A stretch of 59,749 nt of DNA, counting the filler, from Sphacelaria rigidula (taxonomy: Eukaryota): NCBI GenBank assembly GCA_964200075.2. It is 7 parts of 7 records of this genome, joined end to end, with 100 filler letters (N's around TTAATTAATTAA, not from the genome) between each part and the next. Parts side by side here need not be neighbours in the genome. Positions count along the whole stretch, not along the records: positions 34,201 to 42,650 come from CAXNAA020011096.1; positions 42,751 to 51,200 come from CAXNAA020011097.1; positions 51,301 to 59,749 come from CAXNAA020011098.1; 4 more parts are not named here. One strand, 5' to 3'. Positions 39,559-52,103 of the stretch are shown in pieces. The notes under the pieces are model-generated. The model was not told where the DNA came from, did no database searches, and saw only the letters and a list, made by a program, of their open reading frames with translations. The first letter of the stretch is position 1. Each line of letters begins with the position of its first letter. The position numbers and the translations under genes were made by a program.

Positions 39559-39940
39559 CGGTACCACCAGCTTGTCTGGCGAACGTGGCCACTTGTGCCT
39601 CAATTGTCTAATTCCACCGCATTTTTTGTCGGCAAGACACAACATCCAACGGTTTCAGACCCGTTTTTTTTTCTTGAACGCAACTTGCAAGCAACTTAAC
39701 TTTAGTGTGGGATGGCGGGAATCTAAGAGAAGGCATGGGCCCACGCTGTAGAGCATATGGACATCTGCTCCTTGATGAGACGATTAATTTGATATGCGGT
39801 TGATGGCCTAATTCATCTCCGTTGATGAGATATGGCTGTGACAGCTTAAGTCCGTTTTTAGGCTGGCCCAGCCTGTAGGGGGGGGGGGATTTGTCCACGG
39901 TTTTCGTTTTCTTGTCCTTAATTTGGGACGAATGCCTCAC

Positions 39941-40065
39941 CAGTCTCCTCGAACGCTCTCCCTGATCCCGTAGCATCTCTGGTGAACTGCCACGGGACAG
40001 CCGCTGCATGCCACGATCAAGTTGTCCTCCGCGACGCTTTTGTGATAGCCACAGATGCAGCACCG
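39941..40065 (-). CDS. Isolated exon encoding most of a PHD finger (BRPF/JADE/ATX-type)
   Basis: caaacag|RCCICGYHKSVAEDNLIVACSGCPVAVHQRCYGIRESVRGD(W)|gtgagg; the VHQxCYGI...GDW signature is present. Other exons were not identified in the contig. Confidence 0.8.
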
Positions 40066-40159
40066 CTGTTTGCGAATCGTGTCGTTCCACCGTTGTTCAC
40101 AGACACGCACAGACACACACAAAGGGAAAAAAAAGGAAAGCGACAGGAATGCATGCATA

Positions 40160-40295
40160 CGTTGGGCGAAGGACAAACGAAAAACGGTTGACCTCATGCC
40201 GCACCCACAGCTTGAACCATAACTATTTATGATGCCTAGCGCGAGATTTGATCTGGGTTGGTCCACCATTCGATTGATTGATTCATTCATTCATT
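40160..40295 (+). mobile_element. Probable retroelement 3' end with (GATT)/(CATT)n tail
   Basis: ...atgcctagcgcgagatttgatctgggttggtccaccattc followed by gattgattgattcattcattcatt. Confidence 0.4.
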
Positions 40296-42587
40296 GTGGT
40301 GAATGACAGCGGCCCGCTCATAACAAACGGGGTGGCGAGAAAATCAGGCTGAAATGTCCAAAAAAATTAGGAAGTGTTCAGCCTCAGCGACGACCGCTAC
40401 ACTAAGTCCCATACAGTGGGACTTTGCATCAAATGAGAATCTTACACTGAGCCTAGTTCTCAGTTTTCTTATGAGCGGGCCGATAATGTGTTGACTGGTG
40501 CGTTGCAAATGCAGTCGTGATCACGAGACAGGCATACGCACCCGAGGTGAAGCAACAAAACCGCCAGCCAAGGGGCGAAGATAGAAAACACAGGAGGACA
40601 AGAGGAGGGCACAGGGAAAAATCACCGAAAGGGGTGAGCAGGTGACCAAATTCTCTGTGAAATCGGATAGACACTGTAATACTTGCGACTTACCTGACGT
40701 TTTTCCTCTTCTGTTTTCTTGACGTCTCTTTCTTACTGGTTTATTTTGCCTTGTTCTAGTGTCTCAGAAGAAGCCGCTCAAAGAGCGCTTCCATCGCATG
40801 CAAGGACTGATTGTGACGGTATTAGAACGGCGAGCCACGGGTTCGAGAGGTCGGGCTCACATACGGAAACGGAAATATATAAATAATGAAATCATGATAA
40901 TAATAGTGATACCTTGACGGATCATACTGTATCGGCAGTCTCAGACGGGAACTGAATGGCACCTCCTTCACAAATTTCTCGAATCCTCGAGCGCCGAGCC
41001 CCATTTCGGAACACTTTATTTGGCTAACAGCCCCTCCAAAAGACTCTTCAGGGGGAGGGGGGTGTTAGTGGGGTCGTTGAGTGGTACGGAAGCCCTACCA
41101 AAACCAACACTAACCCAGATCGACCGTTCACTTGATATCAGTGAAGGGTTCGGACTGGCCTTCAACCGCAGTAATCGAGCGAAACATCTGAAATAACGTG
41201 GGTTCGACTTCCGATGCCCGATGCGTCGCGTTTTTTCTTCGGAGTATCTGATTTCGACCGCTGAAAGCGTAAGTATATGGACAAACTAAAATTAGTTGAC
41301 TGAGTTTGTTTGACGAGAGTTGACGTGGTGCGGTAGTGCTGACTGAATCCGCAAGACCCAAATGCAAATCGTGTACCGGGGGGAGATGGATTGATCCCTT
41401 GAGACCACGGACTCGTCCCGAGGAAGGGGAGGGATTCAACGTGCGACGAATAAAAAATAAAAATAAAATGAGGTTTCAAAGGTTCTTAGGGCAGCGACGG
41501 GTACAACATGGGATATTGTGGGGTGGCGACACCCTGGGGTACCTGGGAATACCGAGTATATTGAGTCGACATTCTAGGCCCTCTAGCGTACAAAGTATTT
41601 TCCGCACCCTCAACAAGAAATTGCATCGTCAAGAAGTGTAGTGTATACAGTATCGACAACTACGTCTATTGCCGTAGAAAGTAGATTCCATGCTGTACGC
41701 AGTACACACTTCGACAATGTAGTCATTTGTCCAGGGTGTGCTTTGTCCAGCAGTCGGTACCCTAGAGTACTCTCAAAACACTGCGTATATTCGGCAGTCA
41801 ATACTCCGGGTACCCAGGAATACTCGGCATTTCTTCGGGCAATGAATAATACCAAGGTTGTGTTCGGTAGGGATATACCATCTGAAATCTGGATATCTGT
41901 AGAAGTGTAAACCACGAATTTTACCGGTAAATACCTTCCTCCCCCCACCGTATCGGATTGTTCGGAACCGGGATCGATACCTTGCCGAACCATGAAGGAA
42001 TGATCAGTACACATTTCGGTGTGGTTTAGTATGCCCACAAAAATTCCCCCACTTCGAGGTATACCCTGTAGAGCACAGCCCTGGATAACACTCTGGATAC
42101 ATGGTAATACAGAGTATTGTCGGCAATCTGGGGTACCCTAGTGTACTAGATACTCCAAATACCTTGACAATCCAGGATTTTCCACGGTGCGTACCCTTCC
42201 CCAAGCACCTCCGGAAGATTTTCAAGTACGTCCTACTCAAAGTTTCCCCGACCTTGACTGTCGGGTACCACAGCAGCTGCGGGCTCATCGTCATGTGCAC
42301 GGGCATCCTTTGTCATGCGTTCAGTAGACTGAGGGGGGGGGCTGCTGAGAGATTATGCGTGTACAGCAACAACAGTCTGTGGTGGAGTCTGTATGTAGCC
42401 CGGTGTGGATCTACATGTCAAGAACACAGAAGTCAGCCAAGGTCGTCCTCTCTTCCCCAAGTAATTCACGATACGAGCTCCCGGTTAGGCAGCAGGGGCT
42501 TGTGAGGAGAAAAGCTCATCGCTGCGGTTTTCATACGCATCGCTTGCGTGTGTCAAATTATGCTCGTCCTTCTCAGTTGGCTACAGG

Positions 42588-42650
42588 AGGGGGGGGGGGC
42601 GTACTCATTTGTTGCTTGCCTTAGTCGTTTGACCATTGACCACGCACCCC
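42588..42650 (-). mobile_element. LINE 3' fragment (C-run-ended family)
   Basis: Reverse complement of gcgtggtcaatggtcaaacgactaaggcaagcaacaaatgagtacg plus a C-run. Confidence 0.8.
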
Positions 42651-42750
42651 NNNNNNNNNNNNNNNNNNNNNNNNNNNNNNNNNNNNNNNNNNNNTTAATT
42701 AATTAANNNNNNNNNNNNNNNNNNNNNNNNNNNNNNNNNNNNNNNNNNNN
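42651..42750. other. Artificial contig linker
   Basis: N44-TTAATTAATTAA-N44. Confidence 0.98.
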
Positions 42751-45171
42751 CACGCCATATAACACCCGTTCACAGGACCATGCAAACTCCATCCAACTCA
42801 TTCTCAGCCACCACCGCAACCCTGCAGCATAAAGCACAAGTTGAGCACAGGGATAGATACACGAAAGTTGTTGGGTGGTGCTTTGTATATTTTTGTTGGA
42901 AAACTTGCGCATCTTCTCTTATGGTAGTCATTAGGGACGGAACTGCGTGCGGTACGGTGGGCAACCGACTTGCGTGCACGCTCATGGACAATGCAGGCAG
43001 TACAAAGCTGCAAGTTGCTGAAATGATTTTCAAGTCACATTGTAAGCAGAGAGAATTGATAGTCTTGGGCTGTCTGCACGGCACATTGTCCGCTCCCCCT
43101 TTATCTTCTCCTGCACGAAACACGCACACACGCACTCAAGACACCCTACCTGCAAGCAGTACAAACAGTACAGACCATGTACCGTTTCACGAATTTCACT
43201 GCTTTTTTTTCTTATCGAAAGCTTGAAAATCCATCCGAACTCAACTGCATCAAAACGAGATTTTTTCACTCAACTCTATTCCACCGCTCGTTTTTTCGAT
43301 CGAAAAAAAAGTGCTAAGACACGCCCCGATCCGTATGAAAGACATTTGTCATGGGTTTCGGTCAGGGAAAGCACAGCTTTTGAGTTGAACCTCACTTTTT
43401 TTTCAACCCCATTTTCGAGTATCCACTGTTAACCTTCATTGCAAACAGAGTTATCGTACAGATACAAAATGTCGTGACAGAGTGGATGTGCGTCAGGCTC
43501 TTGATCGACACTATCGGGGTCACGACCGTGGATTTGTTTCTGAAATTTTCGCAACTGCGCGGACGTATAGGACTCCGCTCGGAATTTAGTCTCGCTTCGC
43601 TCAAAACCAAGCGCATCGCGGTTGAGCGAAGGTGAAGTTATGTGGTCAAGTGTTACGAGTTACCACAGCAGGCCCGGGACTCGCGCCCATCGCTAGCGAC
43701 TCCGATCTCCGGATAAGTACAGATCTGAAGTGTTGCCAGCGACTTCTATCCAAAGTACAGTTTCTGCTTCAACTGTTCACACTTCAGACCTGTCTCTACA
43801 CCATCCTCCCACCTTGCCTCAAGCGCTTGCCATAACCAACCAACACCTATCAAATATCAATTGTGGGCAGCACCACCGACGATGCTTCGGCATCGTTCGA
43901 CAGCCGGCGATTACTTGCATCTTCAATCGTACCACCGGACAGGAAAGCATGCCCACCAAACCCTAAACCGCCGGTTAAGTCATAAATGCCCCAAATGTTG
44001 AGGTCGCTATATTTCATGTGCGGAGCGGTTACTCGTATGACATATGAACCGGTGACGAAGCCAGTAGAGGAGCAGGTCCAACCGTAGACTGTTCGAGAGG
44101 CCCGACACCCTCAAATCTGTACAGCCGAATTTCCGGGAGCCTGGGCAACAGTTCTCAACAGTACAAGAGCTTCACATGACTAGAGCCACCATCAAGCCCT
44201 GGGGAGTCACAAAAGAACATGACACAACCTCTCTGTACTCAGTGCAGATTGACTTCACGAGCCTACAACCCACGCTCCGGCCAATCTTGTCTAAGAATCA
44301 AGGAAGAACATAATCGTCTCGCCTGGCGGTTCATACCGTCAACACAAAGGTCTATTTGCGCAAGCCTAACCATCACGTCAACCACCAGCGACAAAGTTAT
44401 TAACCATGATGAAAACGAACATTGTACGCAGTCTGACGCCATTCTCAGCCTCGCGAACCCCCAACCTCGCAACAGTGGCGGGCACCTGGGCGGGAACGTA
44501 GCACACTCGGTAAACATAACGGGTGCAGGCGAACGATCGAACGAATATGAGGTGTGTTTCAGTCATCTTTCACGGGTGTTACACAACACGATCCTACCGA
44601 AAGTGCGGGTGTATCCATGGCAGGAACAGCCCATTGAAACTCCCCTGGGAGGATTCATAGTGATGACGCTACTCCTGGTGTTCTCTTGCACTTGCCCCGA
44701 CACAACGGAGCTTCCCCCGCGTTCTCCAAGCAAATTGTCTTTGAAATGATTACCCCCCCCCCCCAACGCTTCCTGTAGCATCTGCGGCCTGTCTGCCATG
44801 AATATATTCCCGGACCCGGCTACCACATGGGCTTTGACATTGTGCGCACTGTATGTTTCACCGGCGAAAGCCCTACATTTGAAGCATAATTTCCTCTTGG
44901 AATGATCGGGTTACCTGGTACTACGATCATGAAATGGAGTGAACAACACCAGCGGAAACACGATGAGGCAGGGCCTACGCGGAAGAGCCACCTGTGCCAG
45001 GCGTTGCAAATGTTCGCGACATATGGCGTCAACATTCCTTCGTTGTGCAGCACGATAGATGCGGGCGGATGAAGTGAACGATACGTCTGCATAACCCATA
45101 ACCCCCGTCTGAGTCCCACATCCTCACGTGGTGTTTATCGCACATCTCGCCTCAGGACGACTTCCACCCGA

Positions 45172-45850
45172 TCAAGCGACGATGACCCGTTGCAAAGAGC
45201 GCTCAACAAGGTCTCCGCCCTCGTCTCCGTCGGGATCAGAAGAAGTCTCCGACGAGGTGCTGCGACCGAACTCTTCGGCTTCACTCGCCGGTGTTGCCGC
45301 GCTACTGCCATCCCCCGCTTCGTTTTCAACCCCTATCTCTATCACCATCCCTTCAGTGACTGATCCGCCTTGTGCAGCGACAGCCGCAGCACACCGCCCC
45401 TCGCACCCACGTAGCATGGGGAAACAATCCTTGCCCGACTTGGCGCACGTGCATTTCGGCTTACATTCATGCTTCTCCGCCGCCGCAGGGCCTCACCTGC
45501 ACAGAAGACGCTTGGTCTTCTCGGTGGGGTCGATGTGAGCGTGCGCCGATAAGTTCACGACTACAATTTCTTTCGTCATAGACTTGCCATCTGCTCCGGC
45601 GCCGTATTTCATCCGCTCTTGCTGAAATACACACCGGACATGGGGTCCGCCTCCCCCCTTTCCAATATTCAAATACTACGTCTGCGCGCTTCGCTTGGAA
45701 CCGCGAGGCTTCCGCGGCCGGCACAATCTCTGCAGGGCTCTTGCTGCTCATTTTTTAACTCAAAAACTTCACTCGGCTCACGAACACCGTAGTATACCCT
45801 CCCGCCTGGTGATCGAGGATGTGCTCGGCGCTAGCCCCGACCGCGAAGAA
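45172..45850 (-). pseudogene. Decayed C-terminus of a probable Academ-like DNA transposon protein (Cys-rich zinc finger)
   Basis: Frameshifted translation AEIVPAAEASRFQAKRADVVFEYWK...PCP / KYG...RLLCR*GPAAAEKHECKPKCTCAKSGKDCFPMLRGCEGRC resembles the LPPT..A...H.KRA.YQ...W...P.P..YGW...C.C..C..C.C.K.G..C...C.C..C pattern I associate with XPG/Cys8 Academ proteins; it contains stops. Confidence 0.45.
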
Positions 45851-46129
45851 TGCGGATCCAATCTTCAGTAGTAGAAAGTAACTGCGAGAAAGTTCAACGT
45901 TTAGTCCTCATCAACTGCCTGCAATCCGCCCTCGTACCTCAACAGCGGCTTCGGGAAGAAGCCTGGGACGCGCAGGCCTCTCAGGAGCGCGTTCCACTTA
46001 TTAATAGTGAGGAAAAAGAAAGTCTCAGCGGAAGCTATTTCAGCTTCGCCTATCCCGCAGAGTGCCTCGCAAGGGGTGCGCGCGCTCCTACATCTGCGGA
46101 TAGATAGCGCAGTCCGTCGATCAACGATC

Positions 46130-46950
46130 GTGCGATGAAAGTTCGAACAGCCTGTGCTGTGCACAGCGTTGTATGTGACAGCACCGGGCAGCAGGATGCA
46201 GTACTCTGTACCGCGAGGCAGCAGGACAGGGCAGTACGGGACAGTACAGCGTAGGGCAGCTAAGTAGAGTACGGGTACAGTACCCAACACCGCAGACCAG
46301 TAAACAACGGCACACGATACTGGACCGTGTTCGACAGTATATTACAAGAAGTGCAATGGAGAGTACAGTAGTTGAGTACAGCAACACGGGTCAGTACACA
46401 ACAGTATACTGAGCTCACTGAACAGCTGGATCGTGCACGACACTTTACAACAGTACAGGGCAGTACGGTAGTTTGCACTGGAGCTCATTACAAACCAGCA
46501 CAGGGCGACACGCAACAGCGTGTTGAGTGCTGTCATCTCCTAGTATACCGCACTGGATCGTGCATGATAGTAAACAATACAGGACTGTACAGTAGGTTGC
46601 ACTTGCGTACAACAGTGCAGTACAGTGCACAACAGAACAGGGCAACACGAACAGCGTGTCGTGTGTTGTCATCTCCCAGTACACCGCTGAACATTGTGTG
46701 ACCGAGGTATGACACCTTATAGCACGGTACACAGTACAATCAGTACACTTTAATTTAGTACAGTATACAACAGCACAGGGCAGTACGTAACAGTGTGTTG
46801 TGCGCTGCCATCCCGTCGAATACCGCACTGGACCGTGGATGACGATATGCAGTAAAGGGTAGTCCACCAAAGGCGTACCACGGCGTGCAGTACACAGCAG
46901 CACAGGGCAGTACATTGAACGACAAACTTTTGTACTATAATTCATCTACA
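46130..46950. repeat. Low-complexity (CAGTA/ACAGC)-rich degenerate tandem repeat
   Basis: Recurrent cagtac, acagggcagtac and gtcatctcc.agta.accgc motifs with a rough 130-140-bp higher-order period. Confidence 0.7.
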
Positions 46951-48164
46951 GTTTTCACATTTCACACAACCCCGGTTGACCATTATGCCTGTTTGCAGAC
47001 AATCGTCTCCTACAATCTGTTGGCAAAACGAAGTGAGATAATTCGTCCTCAGAGGTCAGGTGGGCTCTATACGCTATGGGCTTGTATCCCATACGTGTCG
47101 TCCGGGCCCGGCTCATCCAGCGCGGCCGCCACCCATCGGCGTACGGTCTGGCGGCAAGGAAGCAATTCAGAAATCACTCTTCATATCAGCGAACGCAAGA
47201 AACAGTTACCTTTCCGGCCACAAAGCAGTACCGACGGTCCTGCCTTGAACATATAGCTTTCCAGCTGTGCCGCGTGTTGAACCGGTGCTACTTCATGTAG
47301 TCATCGCCGCTCCAGTGAACTAACTGTGCGTACTTGCGGGTGATGCCAGAAGATTGCCGTATGAAATGATTCTACTCGTATGTGGGGATGAGCAAATATT
47401 TCATTTTTATTTTGGCTCAAGACTGAAAAAACGAGCACGAAGCAGTTGCAGTTATCTAGCTCACGGCGCGTGTCGCGCGTGAAGCATATCTGAGTTGTTG
47501 CATTCGTGTGTAACCGGCCAAAACGGTAGATACCACCCGGGTGGCAAAATTGGTATCGAGGGACGGTGCGCACAGGAAGTCTCCGGATACAGAAATAATT
47601 CTTCATTTTTATTGTTTCCACATTTCAAGTGTCCCGGAGAATATTTCATGAAATCAAGCCATGTTGCCATTCGCACGGTATGAGCCGCACGGCATGGGCC
47701 AAATCGACGTTGAAAATCACCCCCCGGAGACGGTTATTTTCTCGTTCTGCCTCCAATAAAAAAAGTGGTATACAGCATAGCCGGTGACGACAACCTTCAA
47801 GTAGGCTGGACAAGTGGCGCCCTCGTCGTCGGTTCTAGTGTAACCCCAGTTAGTTCAAGCTTAATCGACAGTGTTGACTGGTCCACTTCAGAGCTCTAAC
47901 AAGTATAAATCGCCAGGACGAAGCAAACGCACATGCAACCTAGTGTATTGTACAGTGATGCAGCAGGTAAGAACAATCTATATATTTGCGAACATCCGTT
48001 CAAAACACAGTGAATCCCCGAGTAAATCAGTCTTACGCAAAAAAAAAAAAAGGAACATAATCCGACATCTTTTCGCCCCAATACGCACGCACACACCGCG
48101 CAACCCCAGATTCAGCACGATGGGGTTGTTGTCTGTAGTCTACATGACATGTGGTCGAAGTTTC

Positions 48165-48640
48165 AGCACGTGAAAGCACTAACAGCGCTTGCACGGCCGT
48201 CTCCTGAAATGAGCACCTCTGCAGGCGATATCAAGATAGGTACCGCGTAGAATGACATTATCCAGAGTGTGCAATACGGATCGAGTGTCTTCGTTTGCCG
48301 GGGCAGGAGCCACCAAGCAGGAAGTGAGCGTTTCTGCGTGTCAACATATGCATCCATTGGCGTCTCACGCAGTCTGGGTCGAGGGGACTGAGTTTTGAGG
48401 GCGTATCGATGGCATTGTCCAAAATCCATATTTTGCTTCGTGCGTCTAGCGCACCACGTAAAACGTGCCGTCGCTCCGGGAATATGCTGTCTGTGTTGTG
48501 GTCTACCTCTGTGCCAAGTTTCAGGCTTGATAGAACAGACAGGGCGGAGAAATCCACAAGCAAAATGACCCTTGATTTGTACTGAAAATACGATACGAAA
48601 CCCTGTTAAACCGTCGAAAGACACATGAGGTGCGTATGAT
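48165..48640 (-). repeat. Dispersed repeat family B copy
   Basis: Reverse-complement homolog of 23570-24040. Confidence 0.8.
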
Positions 48641-49236
48641 TCTGTGATTTTTGTATTCGGGAATATCTTGAATCTTGGCAGTTGACTTGCTATTTTTTTT
48701 TTGTGTAAGGCCGTGTCTTATCAAATTGGTTTTGACTCGAAAACGTACGGTGGAATAAAATTTGCTTGTACCTGATACGTCCGCGGCATTCATGTTCTCA
48801 ACCATCTGAAAAAATTAGTGGCGTGGACGAATCAGAAACGAGCGAATTCGATTCGACCGCACGTTTTTGACACGAAAACAATTTGATAAGACTGATGAAA
48901 TCCCGACTGATTCTGATCGCTGCAACAAGTAAAACAATATCTTCCGGTCATTATTCAGTAATATCCGAAACTGCCAGTTTTTTGTGACTACCAAACCTGT
49001 TCTCTGGTTGGATACTTTCTTCAGTGTCTACTCGGCTGCGGCACGTCTTGTTCAACTTTAGCAGGGAGATCGACTTGGCTCTTGTGCAGAACCCACCTCA
49101 GGGCTGGCGTTTGAGCTGAATGCTTCAAACGTATGTTCAGCATCTCTCTTTCTGCTACTATTCAGGCAGCCTCGTAGACACTTATATCGCTGTGGTGTTG
49201 CGGCCACCCTACTGGAGCCTTCGGTAACACAAGACG

Positions 49237-49776
49237 ATGTCTGCACGCCATGGCACATCGGATGAACGCAATAGCTGTCACGCATCACGACGAGCTCCGC
49301 GGACCCGCACCAGCGACAGCAATAACACTTCCCTATCTAACCCTCGAATCGAGAACAGGGTGAGCGCAAATAAGAGCGCTGGACCCAACAAAGCCGAAGC
49401 CGGAGCCGGAGCCGGAGTCGGTGCCACGGGACGTAGTGCTTTGATATCTGATCTCGTTGCCCAGCTGAAACGAGGTGAGATAACCAAATCCGAGTTGTTC
49501 GCTAAACTGCAGCACCTACAGGGTGCTGCGCCAACACCACCGTCAACCGCAACACCGGAGGCCTCTCCTGGCCGGAGTAGCCAAGAGGATGTACATCCAA
49601 CCGGTACGGCAACGCCTTCAATAGAAAATTCGGCGGACAGTCAAGGTGTGGCGGTTGGGCACACCAATGGCCCAGTGGGTCAGGGTGCTATGACAGCTGG
49701 AGCTTCTTTTACTGGGGATGTGGATGCTGCAGCGGATACAGCAAGGGCTGGGTTCTTCACCGCCAATGATCGGCAG
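49237..49776 (+). CDS. First exon (180 codons) of a hypothetical protein with a SHOCT-like helical motif
   Basis: ATG at 49237 in a caagacgATG context, open to the strong donor cag|gtgcgt. An amphipathic block LISDLVAQLKRGEITKSELFAKLQHLQ lies within low-complexity sequence. Confidence 0.7.
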
Positions 49777-50603
49777 GTGCGTGGTATGTCGTCCTAGGTT
49801 TCGGTGTACAAAAGCAGGATATGAAGCTATTGTTGGACACATGTTGCGAGGAGTCTATCTTTTACGATGCAGTGCTCGCCGTCTGTGGGTTCAGAGTGGT
49901 GGGCCCTATGAACTCACTCCAAGGTGCGACTGGTGGTTAATGGGCATCAAGCACGGGACTTGTAAACAGTACTGCAAGGGCAGGTCGAGTAGAGTATACT
50001 CAAATGCGGGGTATTTCGAAAGACGTACTTGGGGTACTCAAGTTAGGGTAGAATGTTGGGAGCCGTACCCAAAAAATAGCTAGGAAGCGATTCCTGAAAC
50101 CCTGCCACCAAGTTGTGTAACGACTTAAAAAAAAAACGCATTTGAGTATAATTTACTCGACCTACCCTTGCAGTACTGTATGTAAATTGGCGACGCCCGT
50201 GGAACCTGGCCTGTAAGTGACTTGTGAGCTGCGGTGTCTCAGGGCCGCTCCCATCATAGCGCAAATCTTTGTGATCGGTTCCAAGTTCGCGCTCTCGGTG
50301 TCTTCGCGATAGCCCGAAATCAACGCCCTTCAATGAGAAACGCACGCGTCGCACGGCATGACATACTCAATTCTCTGCCGTCCACATTACAAAACCCCTT
50401 CATATGCATGGCAGGGAATGCGGCGAGAAAAGTACACGCGCCTTGTTGGGCACGCTACACACGCTGCGGATGCACGTACCTAGATAGTTTGAGTCGTTGA
50501 TTGCACCCCTGACCCGAAAATCGTCTGAGACCGCCTGTGGTCAATTATTTACGTTCGGACCTACTATTTCTCTTGTGACACGGCACGCCTGAACACAACA
50601 GAG

Positions 50604-50604
50604 G

Positions 50605-50670
<66 letters not shown>
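50604..50670. repeat. (GTT)n microsatellite, about 22 units; probably the (CAA)n tail of a minus-strand retroelement occupying ~50671-51180
   Basis: Perfect triplet run abutting cttcaaattaaaaacc; the adjacent region has a UTR-like T-rich block on the minus strand. Confidence 0.85.
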
Positions 50671-51200
50671 CTTCAAATTAAAAACCGTTCCGATATCTGC
50701 GCGGTACATTCGTACTGGACATATGATACGGACGCCTTCGGTGCGGTCACAGGCTAGCTACCTATAATGAGGTATGAGGAAATCAACCAAAACAAAACAA
50801 ACAAAACTAGACCCCCAAAAACTCACAAACCCAGTACACAAGCTAAACAGGAATAAAGAAGAAAGAAAGAAAAAATAATAAATATGGCTAACCTCAAAAG
50901 ATCCGGTGCCGCAGGTGCCCATTCGGACTTCAGGGGGTGGCACTCGACTTTCCAACTCCATACTCGAGGCCAAGTAAGACTGAACACAGGGTTCGACTAC
51001 GGGCGAAACTCAAGGCCCAAAGACCACCAACCAAAGAACTAAGAATCGCAAGGCTCTATTCTTCGACCTCTCGATGGACAGCCATACGTGCAAGCATACC
51101 AGGCATATTGAGACAAGCACCGCATGACATAACGGCACCCCTCACCCGGGGGGTTCACCCCCCCCCCCCCCCCCACACCCAGGGGGAGACGGGGGGGGGG

Positions 51201-51300
51201 NNNNNNNNNNNNNNNNNNNNNNNNNNNNNNNNNNNNNNNNNNNNTTAATTAATTAANNNNNNNNNNNNNNNNNNNNNNNNNNNNNNNNNNNNNNNNNNNN
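51201..51300. other. Artificial contig linker
   Basis: N44-TTAATTAATTAA-N44. Confidence 0.98.
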
Positions 51301-51382
51301 CGCCAAGCGACGCCAACCCCATCGGGGGTCCGCCCCTACAAAGCCGGGACGGAGCACGCCGGGTTCTCGCCGGACCAGGCTA

Positions 51383-51447
51383 GGCGTACTCATTTCTTGC
51401 TTGCCTTAGTCATTTGACCATTGACCACGCATCCCTTTCGAGACGAG
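51383..51447 (-). mobile_element. LINE 3' fragment (same family)
   Basis: Reverse complement reads cgtctcgaaagggatgcgtggtcaatggtcaaatgactaaggcaagcaagaaatgagtacgcc. Confidence 0.8.
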
Positions 51448-52103
51448 ACGGGGGGGGGGGGGAGAAAAGAGCGGACGGGGTTGGAGGTGTGTGTGGGGTT
51501 GTGGGGGCATCCAACGAGGCGAAAAATCGCCCGATAGCTCACAAAAATTGTAAAATGGTAGGATCAACAAGGCAAAGAAAACGTTCTTCATGCTAACAGT
51601 ACCCATCTTCTCATTTTTACAGGTCGACGGAATATAAGCATTGACGTTGAGGGCTGAGGTCGATGTTCCAACTACACGATCGTCGAGGCATCACGTGGCA
51701 GTATATCAGACATACACCACTCCACGGGAGGTTGTGAAACGGTGACCACATCCGCTCCGTCAGCACTCTTAAGCATCGGCAAAACCGGTTGACATCCACC
51801 GTGAACGCCGAAACGTGCTCCTTGCATGGCCCCAAACGCCACGTAACAGGACGAGAGCAAGCCGAGCAAAGCGCACCAGCTCTATCGCAAACACCAGCAG
51901 TTGAAGTAACCCCAATTCTTCACAACCGCTTCATCACAGCACGAACGTTACTGTATACCGTCAAGCAGACACTTAGAGGAAGTAGCAACGCGTCAAGCGC
52001 CAACAACCTCACACTAGGACAGCGGGCGGGTAAGTGTGCCGGTTTGACTCGAAGAGGCGCTAGCCCGCATAACGCACGGTGGATGAAACGAAGCTCCCCG
52101 TAC

